Below, piece by piece: positions 36,610-47,913 of a stretch of 64,000 nt of DNA. Position numbers and translations under genes: made by a program. Origin of the DNA: a virus; IMG/VR virus record IMGVR_UViG_2895663684_000002; one strand, given 5' to 3'. Positions within the stretch are counted from its first letter, which is position 1; each line of letters begins with the position of its first letter. The notes beneath the pieces were generated by a model. It was not told the DNA's origin. It searched no databases and worked only from the letters and a program-made list of their open reading frames with translations.

Positions 36610-39228
36610 TTATTCATTTAAATTGAGATATCCAGATGGGTCCTGGTTAAAACCATCCTTATTTTTCAGAGAAAAATGTAAATGCGCTCCATCAGAATTA
36701 CCAGTATTTCCAAGTTCTCCAATTTGTTGACCTCTAGCAACTTTATCCCCTTTATTGACAAATCTTTTGTTTAAATGAGCGTATGTTGTTTGGTTACCAT
36801 CTTCATGTGCAATAACGACATACTCCCCTAAATCATCTTTAAAATCGGATTTAAGAACATAGCCATCTTGTACCGAAAACACTGGAACACCTAACTCATC
36901 GGTTAAATCAATTGCTTCATGGTCTAATGAGTAATGTTGTGATATATAAAATCCATCAACTAGTGGCAATCCATAACCAATTCTTGCTGATCTCTTTGAT
37001 CGTGATTTACTTCTTAACTTATCGTACCAACGTTGAGCTTGTGTTACACGAATCGGTTGATTTGGGTCTCCTGGTCGCTCGTAGCACTTAATAAATGCCA
37101 ATGCACATTCACTAATAGATGTTTTTTGAGTGAATTCTCTAAATGAATAGTAATACGGTGAAATTGCAATCCATTGTTGATTGTTTTCAACTTCCCATTG
37201 AATTCTCTTACATTGAGTATCAAGTGTTCTGTAATCTAAGCCATTAGCATTCGCCCAATTGACTAATTTAGATTTAGGGGTCCACTGTACAAGACCATAA
37301 CCAGTACCTCCACCTATTTCATCAATATCTGGTCTGATACCACTTTCAGTCTCCATGTTACCCAACATCCCAGCAATTGATTGTTCAGTCCATCCACGTT
37401 GTTTAAAGAACGTCCAAATTGACCATGCATTCTTTTCCTGTTCAGTAGTTAGCCCAGGAGGAACTTCACCACCAGTACCAGGAATGACTGGTTTACCGTT
37501 AACAATTAGATTACCTTGAATTCCTATATTTCCAGCATGTGACCAGTCGCCTTTTGAATCAATATTTCCATTCTTACTAAACTGCATCCCGAAATTAGGA
37601 GCTGGGGAAATTTGAATAATCTCTCCTGCAGCTTCAAGATTAATAAAGATTGATTTATCCGTATAAGCTTCACTACCAGCAACCCAATCAAATTGATAGC
37701 CACTTGTACCCATTCGACCAAGTGAGGTATTTCCTTTCCAAAACTGCATCCCTTGCTTTGTTAATTCCATAATTCGAGTGCCAGCATTTTTTATTACTAA
37801 TGCATTGTTTACTAGTTCTAAAGTATCACCAATACCATTAAATCCAACACGTAACATTTCAGCGTTAAACCTTCCAGCAGTGACAACTGTAGCCACAATT
37901 TGACCGTCTGCAGTCATAGCAACTTCATATGGACCATTTACACCGTTTTTAGAATGACCTAATCCACCTAGATTCCAACGCCATACATTTTTTGCAGTAT
38001 TAACATTTTCAGTATCCATGATAAGGATTTCAGAAGGTTTATTTTTCGGTCTAAATCTTACATATCCGCCAACTGATCCAGTGATTTGATTGGTGGCATT
38101 GATAATTTTGTCTGTTAAAATATTGGACGTCTCTTTTAAATTTTTAAGAACGTCATTAACTTGCGAATTGACAGTATTAGAGTACATTTCCAAATCATTG
38201 CCAAGTACCATGTCCTTATATTGAGCCAAACGTGGAAAGAAATTATATTCAATCATTCGTTCCTCAATATCATCAAAGCCATCAATTGAGACATGAATTG
38301 TATCACCGATTTGTAATTCTACTAAATTACTAAATTCTTTATATTCTTCTGTTTTAGCTAAATCAATAATAGAAATCTCATGAGTGATACGTGGTAAGTG
38401 AATTTTACTTTTATCAAATAAATCTTGTCCCCACTTCTTCAGTTCATCAAGGTTCTTACAATCTGAGTTTGTTCTCGTTCCAATGATTCGATTTTTATTT
38501 GTTGTCCCTTCAACTTCTAAATACTTATATACAATCGGGTCTTGTTCACCTTCGTAATCGGAACCTTCTGGAACTGCGCCAATAAGATACAAACTATTGA
38601 CGATACTTTGGTGGTCTGTAGTTTCTTTAATTGAATCTAAATTGATTCCAAAATCAACTCTAAACCCACGATCTGATCCAAGTTGTTTTTTTAAAGATAA
38701 ATTGAAATTATCCATATCCAGTTCGCCACCAGTTACGCCAGTTAAGTTCTGTCCTCCATTGTTAGAACCTATCAGAATGTCAATAGGATTGCCTTCCTTA
38801 GCGGTAAACTGATGATTGGTAATAATATCAGAAGAGTAGTTAAAACGTTGTTCAAACGCTAATGATTGCTCCAAACCACTCATGATTTTAGCACCACTTC
38901 CGTTACTTTCAAAAAAAGATTCAATAAAATTTCGTTTTGCATCGTAACAGATATGAAAGGCAAAAATTTCTATGGTTGTCAGTGTTTTTTCTGCTAACAA
39001 TATTCTAAATAATTGCCAACTACGGTCTGGGCAATAAGCCTTAATAATCCCACCATTTTTAATGTACTTCGCATTTTGACCAATTAATGAATATATACCA
39101 TTGAAGGTGAATTCGTTGTTAATGACACGTTTTATAACTGGTTCATCTTCAAAATCAATCAAAGTGATCCCATTATGATTGAAATCCGTTTCTACTTCTT
39201 CATATAAATAAATATGATTCACAACCAT
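36610..39228 (-). CDS. Tal with lysozyme and M23 domains (copy 2)
   Basis: Identical to 3251..5869. Confidence 0.88.
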   Translation of the reverse strand: MVVNHIYLYEEVETDFNHNGITLIDFEDEPVIKRVINNEFTFNGIYSLIGQNAKYIKNGGIIKAYCPDRSWQLFRILLAEKTLTTIEIFAFHICYDAKRNFIESFFESNGSGAKIMSGLEQSLAFEQRFNYSSDIITNHQFTAKEGNPIDILIGSNNGGQNLTGVTGGELDMDNFNLSLKKQLGSDRGFRVDFGINLDSIKETTDHQSIVNSLYLIGAVPEGSDYEGEQDPIVYKYLEVEGTTNKNRIIGTRTNSDCKNLDELKKWGQDLFDKSKIHLPRITHEISIIDLAKTEEYKEFSNLVELQIGDTIHVSIDGFDDIEERMIEYNFFPRLAQYKDMVLGNDLEMYSNTVNSQVNDVLKNLKETSNILTDKIINATNQITGSVGGYVRFRPKNKPSEILIMDTENVNTAKNVWRWNLGGLGHSKNGVNGPYEVAMTADGQIVATVVTAGRFNAEMLRVGFNGIGDTLELVNNALVIKNAGTRIMELTKQGMQFWKGNTSLGRMGTSGYQFDWVAGSEAYTDKSIFINLEAAGEIIQISPAPNFGMQFSKNGNIDSKGDWSHAGNIGIQGNLIVNGKPVIPGTGGEVPPGLTTEQEKNAWSIWTFFKQRGWTEQSIAGMLGNMETESGIRPDIDEIGGGTGYGLVQWTPKSKLVNWANANGLDYRTLDTQCKRIQWEVENNQQWIAISPYYYSFREFTQKTSISECALAFIKCYERPGDPNQPIRVTQAQRWYDKLRSKSRSKRSARIGYGLPLVDGFYISQHYSLDHEAIDLTDELGVPVFSVQDGYVLKSDFKDDLGEYVVIAHEDGNQTTYAHLNKRFVNKGDKVARGQQIGELGNTGNSDGAHLHFSLKNKDGFNQDPSGYLNLNE

Positions 39229-39929
39229 GCACTCCTTTTTACTATCGTTGCGCTTTTTATGTTTCCATCAATCGTAATTAAATTCTTTCCTGGATTTAAC
39301 TTTAATCCGTTATAAGTTCCACGAGTTTTCACAATTGAACCGTCAAAAATAGCCAGACCCTTTTCACTATCCAAAGTGATAAGTCCAGCTTGCGTATTTA
39401 ACAATGTAAAAATATTATTTTCTATTTCAATCGTGATATCACCACCACTACTCATAAACTCAAAATAAGGATAAGAAGGGATATCACCAGGATTTATAAT
39501 AGTATTTTCTCCTTTATTCAATAAGGAAGTATTTTCAACAACCTTATATCTAAAAGGCTGACAATCAAAATTAACCTCAAATTTATAAAATACTCCCCAT
39601 TCATTTTCAAATTCAATTGGTTTACTCATGACAACTCGCGCAAGTCTGTATTTATCCACATCATTATGAGTAATTAATTTTCCAGAACCTCTAAAGATTT
39701 TTTTAAAGCTATGAATTTTTTCATAGGGAATACTCATTTCAATTGAATAATCAAAAGAATCATAGTCTCCTAAGCTTTGATGTAACGATCCATTACGACC
39801 TCTCAACTTTATGACTTCAACACGTTCATTTGCCATCATTTCGGCTAGTTCGTCCTCTATGACCGCATGCAAATCAATTAATGAATTGTATCCATTCCAG
39901 ATAATAAAAGGTGTATAGTGACCTAACAT
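39219..39929 (-). CDS. Dit (copy 2)
   Basis: Identical to 5860..6570. Confidence 0.85.
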   Translation of the reverse strand: MLGHYTPFIIWNGYNSLIDLHAVIEDELAEMMANERVEVIKLRGRNGSLHQSLGDYDSFDYSIEMSIPYEKIHSFKKIFRGSGKLITHNDVDKYRLARVVMSKPIEFENEWGVFYKFEVNFDCQPFRYKVVENTSLLNKGENTIINPGDIPSYPYFEFMSSGGDITIEIENNIFTLLNTQAGLITLDSEKGLAIFDGSIVKTRGTYNGLKLNPGKNLITIDGNIKSATIVKRSAWL

Positions 39930-42179
39930 TTAAGCACCTCCTAAAGCAAATCTTGATTTTTTAGAAGCCTTTGCGATATTTCGATTTAAGCGGTCAACTT
40001 CATTCATTGAGTTCGTATTTACAGCCCCAATATGAATATGTTGTTCAACTGTTCCGCCTTCTAATTTTCCAGTGATTCCTTTTTTCTTTTCATTCTCATT
40101 TAAAGGTGTTACGGTAGTTTTACCACCTCGGTTACTCAATAACTCAGGACCCGCTTCACCAACAATCGCCTGACCATTTAATAAGTGTCCACCACTTGCC
40201 AACATTGGAATTTGCGGAATACTAAAACCTTTGCCACCGATGCCAGGTACCCATTTTGGAATTTTTATTTTACTAAGACCACCAATGAAACCATTAATCA
40301 TACCAATCATCGCATTAATCGGAGCTTTCATTCCGTTTGGTAACATCTTCATTACGCCTTGAAAAATATCTTTAATTCCATCCCAAGCTTTAGACCAATT
40401 ACCTGTAAATACACCCGTTAAAAAGTCTATTAAACCTCCAAAATATTGCTTTATTCCATCAATTTTGCTCCCAATTAAATCCATCATTGATGTAAATATT
40501 TTACTTGCAAAATCACCAATCCAACTAAATGCACTATTAACTCCATCTCTAAACCATTCTACATTATTATACGCCCAAACTAATCCAGCGATAAATGCAG
40601 CGATAGCAATTACTATTAAACCAAATGGACTAGTTAGGAATCCTAAAACAGTTCCAAGCATTTTAACGCCTGTAATAATTTTAGTGACACTACCCATAAC
40701 AGTTCCTAAAACTACCAATAAAGGACCCACTGCTGCAATTATTCCAGCAACTTTAACAATTGTTTGTTTCTGTTCATCAGATAATCCACGAAACCATTCA
40801 GTCAAAGATGATATAGCCTTACTCGCAGCTTCAAATGTAGGTAAAAGAGCTATTTGAACCTGTTCACCTAACTCTCCCATCCCTACTTTCATTTGATTTT
40901 GAGCTAGTTTTGCCTGGTCGATAGGGTCTAAAATAGCGGTAAATGTTTGGTCCACAGTACCAGCAGCATTAGCTGCTGAATTACCTAATCCATCCATACT
41001 TAATGCACCACTATCAATAGCTTCAACCATTTTAGGCGCTGCTTTTGCTCCAAATACTTCACTAGCCACAGTTAACTTATCCTGTTCATTAGTTGCACTT
41101 CTAATAGATTCTATCGTACCATTCAAGCCATCCTGCATCGTTTTACCATCTTTAGCATAATTAACATTAGCCTTAGCTAAATATCCAATAGCACCAGCAG
41201 AATCAATACCTGCTTTTTCCATTTGACCAATTAATGTAGTTGATTCTGCAAAACCTAACCCCATATTTTTAAGTTGAGGTGCCCCTTTATTTACAGCATC
41301 AAATAATTGATCCACACTTACACCAGTATCTTGACTTGTTTTACTCATAACGTCTAGTACCATTGGAACGTCTTTTACCGATAATCTGAACAAATCTACA
41401 GATTTTTTTGCATTAATTGTAGATTGAGATACATCAGATTCATTAATTTCAGAAAACTTAAGCATTCGTTCAGTAGTTCCTTCTAGTTCATCTCCCATTA
41501 ACCCAAATTGAGTATTAACTTCCCCAATTCCAGTAGATATATCCTCCATCTCGGCAGGAATTACGTTAACTACATTTTTAAAACTTTCTTGTAACGAATC
41601 TAATTGATCTCCTCTGGCACCTGTCGCTGTAGTTATACTGTCTAGTGAATTATCTAACTCTTTAAATGCAGACAATGAGGCTGCTCCTATTGCTAATATA
41701 GGAGCAGTTAGAGCCACTGACATCCCTTTACCTACACCTTTTACTTTTTCGCCAGCTTCTTCAATTTTTTTAATTTTTTCAGCTGTTGAAACAGAAACAT
41801 CACCTTGTTTTTTCAAGGCTTCGTTCGTGTCCTCTAAAGCACTTTTTAACTTATTCTCTCCTGTTTCACTATCGAGTAAAGCTTTATAAAGTTTTTGAGA
41901 TTCTTTTGAATATTCACCAGTTTCTTTTACAGATTCCTCGTATTCTTTCCGCAACATTTCAGTACGTTTTTCAGCACCTTCGAGTTGTATTTCAAGTTTC
42001 TTTTTAGCTGCAGTTAACTTAGCAGTTTCGCTTGCATCTTGCCCCATTGCTGAAATTTGAGTTTTATACTCTTTGGCAGCAGTGTTCATTACTCCGTTGA
42101 TTTCTTTTAGGGTAGTTGCATATTGTACTTGACCGTCCATCTTAAAATTAAGGACTACATCTGATTCTTTTTTTCCCAT
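39930..42179 (-). CDS. Tape measure protein (copy 2)
   Basis: Identical to 6571..8820. Confidence 0.93.
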   Translation of the reverse strand: MGKKESDVVLNFKMDGQVQYATTLKEINGVMNTAAKEYKTQISAMGQDASETAKLTAAKKKLEIQLEGAEKRTEMLRKEYEESVKETGEYSKESQKLYKALLDSETGENKLKSALEDTNEALKKQGDVSVSTAEKIKKIEEAGEKVKGVGKGMSVALTAPILAIGAASLSAFKELDNSLDSITTATGARGDQLDSLQESFKNVVNVIPAEMEDISTGIGEVNTQFGLMGDELEGTTERMLKFSEINESDVSQSTINAKKSVDLFRLSVKDVPMVLDVMSKTSQDTGVSVDQLFDAVNKGAPQLKNMGLGFAESTTLIGQMEKAGIDSAGAIGYLAKANVNYAKDGKTMQDGLNGTIESIRSATNEQDKLTVASEVFGAKAAPKMVEAIDSGALSMDGLGNSAANAAGTVDQTFTAILDPIDQAKLAQNQMKVGMGELGEQVQIALLPTFEAASKAISSLTEWFRGLSDEQKQTIVKVAGIIAAVGPLLVVLGTVMGSVTKIITGVKMLGTVLGFLTSPFGLIVIAIAAFIAGLVWAYNNVEWFRDGVNSAFSWIGDFASKIFTSMMDLIGSKIDGIKQYFGGLIDFLTGVFTGNWSKAWDGIKDIFQGVMKMLPNGMKAPINAMIGMINGFIGGLSKIKIPKWVPGIGGKGFSIPQIPMLASGGHLLNGQAIVGEAGPELLSNRGGKTTVTPLNENEKKKGITGKLEGGTVEQHIHIGAVNTNSMNEVDRLNRNIAKASKKSRFALGGA

Positions 42180-42194
42180 TTTCTCACCTCACTT

Positions 42195-42449
42195 TTACCA
42201 AAAAGGACTTTGACTTATCGACATTGTTTCTGGTTGTTTGTCATTAAAATCGGTATTAGCATTTAGCCAATGGATATAACTTTTAAGCCACAAGTTTGGA
42301 GTTGATTTTAATAAAAAATCAACATCCCAACCTAACAAGGTTATTGCAACATATAAATAAAAATCCCAAGGAGTACCTACTTCTTGGGATTCTTGATTTG
42401 ATTTTTTTTGTTGCTTCTCTGAAAATCTTGTGGCTTCTTGGATTTTTTT
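42195..42449 (-). CDS. Tail chaperone -1 frameshift extension (copy 2)
   Basis: Matches 8836..9090. Confidence 0.75.
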   Translation of the reverse strand, partial: KKIQEATRFSEKQQKKSNQESQEVGTPWDFYLYVAITLLGWDVDFLLKSTPNLWLKSYIHWLNANTDFNDKQPETMSISQSPFW

Positions 42450-42835
42450 AGGTCACCAACTTGGAAATTATTATTTGAGAAAATTTTCATACAAACTGAA
42501 TATATTTCAAGCATATCATTACCAACTCCAACCAATTTGCTAACTGTCTCACAGTCTTCTTCTAATCCACCTGTTTTCAGCATTGCGAATATTAAACTAC
42601 GCATAATTTTTAGATCATTAGCAGTTAATTTACTTGAAGTTAATTCGCCATCTAAACGTTTTAGCATATCGTTTGTATCTTTTTCAAATTTTGAATAATC
42701 ATCATCATACACATCCGCAATATATTCCATAGATTCCATATGAAAATCTACAGGGAAAAATTGACCACGAATTTTTACTTTTTCACTCGAATCAATATCA
42801 TCTAATTTTATACCGTAATCAGATAATTTAGCCAT
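42377..42835 (-). CDS. Tail assembly chaperone (copy 2)
   Basis: Identical to 9018..9476. Confidence 0.8.
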   Translation of the reverse strand: MAKLSDYGIKLDDIDSSEKVKIRGQFFPVDFHMESMEYIADVYDDDYSKFEKDTNDMLKRLDGELTSSKLTANDLKIMRSLIFAMLKTGGLEEDCETVSKLVGVGNDMLEIYSVCMKIFSNNNFQVGDLKKSKKPQDFQRSNKKNQIKNPKK

Positions 42836-43475
42836 TTTTCTTGTCCTCCTTAAGTTTCCCAGTTGGTGGCACTTCTTCTAATTGTGCTTCTTCAAAAATT
42901 GGAGTTGTAATAAATTTTTCTAGTGTGATTAGATTAGCACTTTCACGTGTTGAATCAAAAGCCGAATTAATAACATCATTATAAAGTAATCCAACCGCCA
43001 CAAATGCTGCACTTACATCTTTAATTTCGGTTTCCTCTTCGGCTGTAGTATATTCAGAATCAACTGTATTCGACAACTGAACTTTTGGATACCATACAGC
43101 CATCCGCTCGCCACCTTCAATTCTTCCAACAAATCCAAAAGCAAAGTAAGGAAGTTCCTTAGCTTTACTTGTATTAAATACAACACCTTTTGTAGCGATT
43201 AAATCATTCATTTTATCTAATATTTCAATAGGCATACCTACGTGATCTAATGACAATTCATGTTTAGTTTGACGTCCAACTCGTCTAAATAATTTACTTG
43301 ATGCCCATTTTTCTAAAACTGAACCATTTCCTTTAACACCTAATTTAGTAGCAATCGGCAAACGATAAATTTCTTTATCATAAACTGGCGCACTTGTCGG
43401 TGTATCAGGCGTTGTCATGAAATTAATTAAAATATCATCAATTCCCTCAAAATAAAGAACTTTGTTACTCATCAA
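42828..43475 (-). CDS. Major tail protein (copy 2)
   Basis: Identical to 9469..10116. Confidence 0.88.
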   Translation of the reverse strand: MMSNKVLYFEGIDDILINFMTTPDTPTSAPVYDKEIYRLPIATKLGVKGNGSVLEKWASSKLFRRVGRQTKHELSLDHVGMPIEILDKMNDLIATKGVVFNTSKAKELPYFAFGFVGRIEGGERMAVWYPKVQLSNTVDSEYTTAEEETEIKDVSAAFVAVGLLYNDVINSAFDSTRESANLITLEKFITTPIFEEAQLEEVPPTGKLKEDKKNG

Positions 43476-43478
43476 TAA

Positions 43479-43850
43479 TCACCCTTCCATTTCCTTAATA
43501 ATTTTTTCAGTCATAATATTTTCAATTTGTTTTTGATTTTGTTCCCATGTACTCGCTGCAAAGTGTTGTGCTTTTTGTTGTTTCGTTCCATTTTCAGCAA
43601 ACCTCCAATAAAAAGCAGTCCCTTCAAAAGTGACCGTCACTTGTTCATTTTCAAGGGTTACCTTGATGTGATCTATCATGTGTTTTTTCTTTAACAATGA
43701 TTTAGGAATTACAGGAAGTAACTTGGAAACATAAAAATTTGCAGCTTCTTCTAAAGATTCAAGAGTTACTTTTTTCGATACCTTTGCTAATTCTCCAAGT
43801 TTTCCAGACATTTCCTCAAATCCATTCTGATTAGTCGGCATTTTCAACAC
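43479..43850 (-). CDS. HK97 gp10-like protein (copy 2)
   Basis: Identical to 10120..10491. Confidence 0.75.
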   Translation of the reverse strand: MLKMPTNQNGFEEMSGKLGELAKVSKKVTLESLEEAANFYVSKLLPVIPKSLLKKKHMIDHIKVTLENEQVTVTFEGTAFYWRFAENGTKQQKAQHFAASTWEQNQKQIENIMTEKIIKEMEG

Positions 43851-44169
43851 ACCTCACATTTGTATAAAAATTTGTAATAGTCGCATCATTTTCATCACCT
43901 TGGATTGAACCAAACGGACTAAAAGGGATACAATATTCATTTAATATTGAACGTATTGGTTTCAAATCATTTTCTTTTCCACTGGTAAATAAAGAAATTT
44001 GATACAGCGGTAATGACCTAAATATTCGATTACTGGCTCTTTTTTCTGACTCACCAATAAATGAATAAACAATATAGGGATAAACAGCAGTTGTAGGAGC
44101 ATAATCCCGATAGACTTTGTAGGGTGTTTTTTTCAGAATAGAAACCAACTCTTTTAAATTAATCGACAT
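43831..44169 (-). CDS. Tail completion protein (copy 2)
   Basis: Identical to 10472..10810. Confidence 0.7.
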   Translation of the reverse strand: MSINLKELVSILKKTPYKVYRDYAPTTAVYPYIVYSFIGESEKRASNRIFRSLPLYQISLFTSGKENDLKPIRSILNEYCIPFSPFGSIQGDENDATITNFYTNVRCVENAD

Positions 44170-44488
44170 GTGCCAAGCTCAACTCCATTTCGTGGTCATC
44201 TTCATTCCAAAATATACGTGTAATTTGATAAACAACGTCTAAAATTTTAATTCTATTTCTCGTTTCTGTAATCGAACGATCCATTGATATTTTGATTCGT
44301 TTAACAACCTCACGCTTATCTTGTCTCGATTGATATTTTTCAGTTGATGTAATACCCAAAGAGTTATAAAAAACTACTCTCTTAAATTTATATGCAATAA
44401 TTGGACGGTCATCTTCATCCACTTCATCATCATTTAAAATTAATAAATCAGCTTTCCATTTCTTTTTATTCGTCAGTCTCTTCGGCAT
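44159..44488 (-). CDS. Head closure protein (copy 2)
   Basis: Identical to 10800..11129. Confidence 0.7.
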   Translation of the reverse strand: MPKRLTNKKKWKADLLILNDDEVDEDDRPIIAYKFKRVVFYNSLGITSTEKYQSRQDKREVVKRIKISMDRSITETRNRIKILDVVYQITRIFWNEDDHEMELSLAHVD

Positions 44489-44726
44489 CGTATACCTCCA
44501 AAATAAAAAATGGTGTCATTGCATTTAAAGCTTCATCAAGTTCTTTTTCTGCAACTCGATAGTCATAAAAAATACCAGCACACATGATAACCAAGTATTC
44601 ACTTTGTTTACCAGTTGCTTTTTGCACATATTTTTGACCTTGTTCAAGATAAAAAGAAAGCATAGAATCATCCATGCCTTCTTCAAATTGAATATGGGAT
44701 TTTAGTTTCTTAACTAAGTTATCCAT
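44466..44726 (-). CDS. Head-tail connector (copy 2)
   Basis: Identical to 11107..11367. Confidence 0.8.
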   Translation of the reverse strand: MDNLVKKLKSHIQFEEGMDDSMLSFYLEQGQKYVQKATGKQSEYLVIMCAGIFYDYRVAEKELDEALNAMTPFFILEVYDAEETDE

Positions 44727-44728
44727 AA

Positions 44729-46087
44729 TTATTCACCGCCAGATGGTGGCGTTACTTTTTTAATTTCATATTTGTAAACAGCTGGTTCAAACGGTGAATA
44801 AATCAATTGACCATCTAATAAATTGTAGATTTGGAAACCAACTTTATTTGTTCCGCTAAATTTCTCAATTAATTTTTGAATTTCCATAGCACCAATGACA
44901 TCTTGAATTTTAAATGCTGAAAAATCACCAAAGTATAAGATTGGCGTATCTGGTTCGCCCTTTTTATCTGCTGCATCAGTAAATTCAACTGGATAACCAA
45001 CTAATGTTCCACCAATACCACTTTCCGCTTGTGTCATAGGACGTAATAATGGGAACCCATCGGTTGTTTTCATTTTTTCAATTACAGTTAAAGCAGCACG
45101 ATTAATGATAAAACGACCTTTTTTCATTACTTCTGTAACTGGTGTGTTTTTGAATTCAATCAATGCATCATACATTTTTTGTCCTGCATCTGCAGCTGTT
45201 AAATCTACTGCAATTGACGGTGTAAATTCAACTGCTTTTTTAGCTAATGCTCCTGGGTTTTCATTTCCTGAATCATCACCATTAAACATGTAGTTAATTT
45301 CTTTACGCACGTAAGCTTTTTTCAATTCTTCGATTACGATATCTTCAATAGGTGCGCCAGTCATTTTTAATAATTTTTTTGTAACAGTTGCCAATGCATC
45401 AAATTCAGCTGGATCAAGAGCAACTTCATCAAATTCGATATCAGTCTCTTTAATTTCAGCACCACGTTCTTTTTTATTAACGTTTGCCTCTGCTTTTTTA
45501 ACTAGGAATGGATACTTAACATCCCCAGCAGTTTTTACAACAGTGCCGTATTTTCGTAATAAATTTTCTTCTTGTGCATAGGTAATGATTTCACTAGCAA
45601 TAATTTCTGGAACAGTTACCGAACCGTTACCAGTTACGATACCAAGTGAACGAGCTTCTGTTTCATCAATTTGACCCACAACAAATTTTGCAAACGCTGA
45701 ACGTATTTGTTTATTTTTATTTTCATCTCTTTGATGACCACGAGCATTTAAACCTTCTGCAATGTTTGCATTAATGCGACTACGTTGTTCAGGCGTTAAC
45801 ATTCCAGAACGATTTTCAGCTGAATCATTTTCATCATCACGTGTTGCATCATCGTTTTCATCTGTTGTATTATCTTCGGTAGTCGTGTCTTCATTATCAT
45901 CAGTAGTATCATCCAAATTAGCAATTTCATCTGCCAATGCTTGAACTTCCTCTACTAATGTTGTCACTTCTTCTTCAACTGCTGCAATGTCATCTTCACG
46001 AATTTCATTTTTTTCTAATTTAGTACGTAATTCTCCTAGTCGTTTTTCGCTACGAGCTTTCATTTGTGCTAATAATTTTTTATTCAT
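44729..46087 (-). CDS. Major capsid protein (copy 2)
   Basis: Identical to 11370..12728. Confidence 0.93.
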   Translation of the reverse strand: MNKKLLAQMKARSEKRLGELRTKLEKNEIREDDIAAVEEEVTTLVEEVQALADEIANLDDTTDDNEDTTTEDNTTDENDDATRDDENDSAENRSGMLTPEQRSRINANIAEGLNARGHQRDENKNKQIRSAFAKFVVGQIDETEARSLGIVTGNGSVTVPEIIASEIITYAQEENLLRKYGTVVKTAGDVKYPFLVKKAEANVNKKERGAEIKETDIEFDEVALDPAEFDALATVTKKLLKMTGAPIEDIVIEELKKAYVRKEINYMFNGDDSGNENPGALAKKAVEFTPSIAVDLTAADAGQKMYDALIEFKNTPVTEVMKKGRFIINRAALTVIEKMKTTDGFPLLRPMTQAESGIGGTLVGYPVEFTDAADKKGEPDTPILYFGDFSAFKIQDVIGAMEIQKLIEKFSGTNKVGFQIYNLLDGQLIYSPFEPAVYKYEIKKVTPPSGGE

Positions 46088-46667
46088 TTGGCAAAACTCC
46101 CTTAATTTTTTTTATTAGTTTTAATCGTGTTTCAATTGCATTTTTATCTTGTTTCCCACGCATTACTGCCGCTTCTGTATCGTCATAAGCTGGAATCGAT
46201 ACAATCGAAACCTCATATAATTCAACTTCTAAAATGGTTCGCAATACTGGGTCAGAATCCCAATCAAGTTCTTCTTTTGTAATAAAAAAACCAAAGCTAC
46301 ATTGATTGATGTCACCACGTTCCATCGATTCAACTAAGTCATTGGCATATGAATTATTCGGAATATCTACTTCAAACTTCAAACCACGTTCATCTTCAAA
46401 TAGTCTTAACGTTCCAGACTTTGTACGACCAAGAACTTTAGACCAATCGTGATTAAATAAACAACGGACATCCCCTTGTTCTGATAACGTCTTTGAAAAT
46501 GCATTGGGTACAATAATTTCGTCAAACCCTTCCCACAAAGTTGTTCGAGAATTGAACATGGCAGCATAACCACCTAATGTGATGGAATTAGAACCTTCTT
46601 CTAAACTACGTGTTTTCAATTCTGAAATATCAAACGTCCGCATCATCTGTTTTGGCATTATTTTCAC
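46080..46667 (-). CDS. Prohead protease (copy 2)
   Basis: Identical to 12721..13308. Confidence 0.93.
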   Translation of the reverse strand: MKIMPKQMMRTFDISELKTRSLEEGSNSITLGGYAAMFNSRTTLWEGFDEIIVPNAFSKTLSEQGDVRCLFNHDWSKVLGRTKSGTLRLFEDERGLKFEVDIPNNSYANDLVESMERGDINQCSFGFFITKEELDWDSDPVLRTILEVELYEVSIVSIPAYDDTEAAVMRGKQDKNAIETRLKLIKKIKGVLPNE

Positions 46668-47835
46668 CTCCCTTCAACGAATCATCCGTAGCGTTCTTCT
46701 CTCCGATTTTCGATAAATCATTTGAGATATAAATCGCTTGTGATTGTGGTGTATTTTGTTTTGGCAATCCAAGAAACTCATCAGCAACAATATCTGGGCT
46801 TGTAATACCAGTTCTAACAATGTTATATGCGATATTTGTTTTAACTGAATAAGGAACAAAATCAAGGATATTGATTTTCCATTCCACTCGATATCCACTT
46901 TTTGGGTCAAAAAAAAGAGCCGAGTAATGCTCGCTCTTGTTTTTTAATATTGGTTTAATTGATTTGTTGTGTAGATACATCATCGCTTTTTCAAGGTCAC
47001 TCTTCATCAATGATTGGTAAGTGTCTACGTTGATTCCTAAAAATTTCCCTAAATCTTTTTTGTATACTCCCAAATAATTTAATATCACTGCATCATCTAC
47101 AGGGCTTTTTAAAATGTCAATATTGTATCCTTTACCAAGCGGAATCATCTTGACAGAATTAGAATCATCAATGGATTCTAACTGATTCAATATTTTTTTA
47201 ACTAGTTTTGATTGCGCTCCATTAGACGGGTTTATGTGGGCATCTAGTTTAAGCATAAAAGCTAGTAAACCACCTTTTGTGTATTTATCCGTCAAAACTT
47301 TTTCGGCGCTCATAACGCCTGATAATGTGTTTTTTGCAAGCTGTAAAATACCCACACCTTGTTGTGCATTTACTCCCATATTTTTTACATGTCGGATCTT
47401 ATGCCCTGGCACTGCTTGACCATTTATTTTAAAATGTTCAATTAAATTATCATCCAATTCGGTATAAACGTTTGTGGCTAAATGTAAATTATCACCATCT
47501 AAGATTGGAAAATTTTCACCATTAATTAATAGAGCATTTGTTTCCAACTTTGCGAATTCATGACCTGTTAAATAATTATTTGGATTCCGCAATATTTTTA
47601 ATAGAAAATGATTAGGAACTTCGTTGCCATCTGGACCAATTACAACTGGTTCAGCAAGGGCAACTTGATTTGAAATATCTTGCATCAATTCATAAACATC
47701 ACTTGATTCCAAAATAGATTCATCGTTAACAATGCGACCACTATATCGAATTGAATTTCCAAACATATCTTCAAACCAACCACGTTGTTCAACTTTTTTC
47801 ATTAAATAATTTGAGAAGCTATCTCGTAAACCCAA
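46630..47835 (-). CDS. Portal protein (copy 2)
   Basis: Identical to 13271..14476. Confidence 0.9.
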   Translation of the reverse strand: MGLRDSFSNYLMKKVEQRGWFEDMFGNSIRYSGRIVNDESILESSDVYELMQDISNQVALAEPVVIGPDGNEVPNHFLLKILRNPNNYLTGHEFAKLETNALLINGENFPILDGDNLHLATNVYTELDDNLIEHFKINGQAVPGHKIRHVKNMGVNAQQGVGILQLAKNTLSGVMSAEKVLTDKYTKGGLLAFMLKLDAHINPSNGAQSKLVKKILNQLESIDDSNSVKMIPLGKGYNIDILKSPVDDAVILNYLGVYKKDLGKFLGINVDTYQSLMKSDLEKAMMYLHNKSIKPILKNKSEHYSALFFDPKSGYRVEWKINILDFVPYSVKTNIAYNIVRTGITSPDIVADEFLGLPKQNTPQSQAIYISNDLSKIGEKNATDDSLKGGENNAKTDDADV

Positions 47836-47913
47836 TTAATTTCACCTCCTCCCTAAATTTATTGTTCGGTTATTGACACATTAATTTTTTTGGCCATAAT
47901 TTATTGTTCGGTT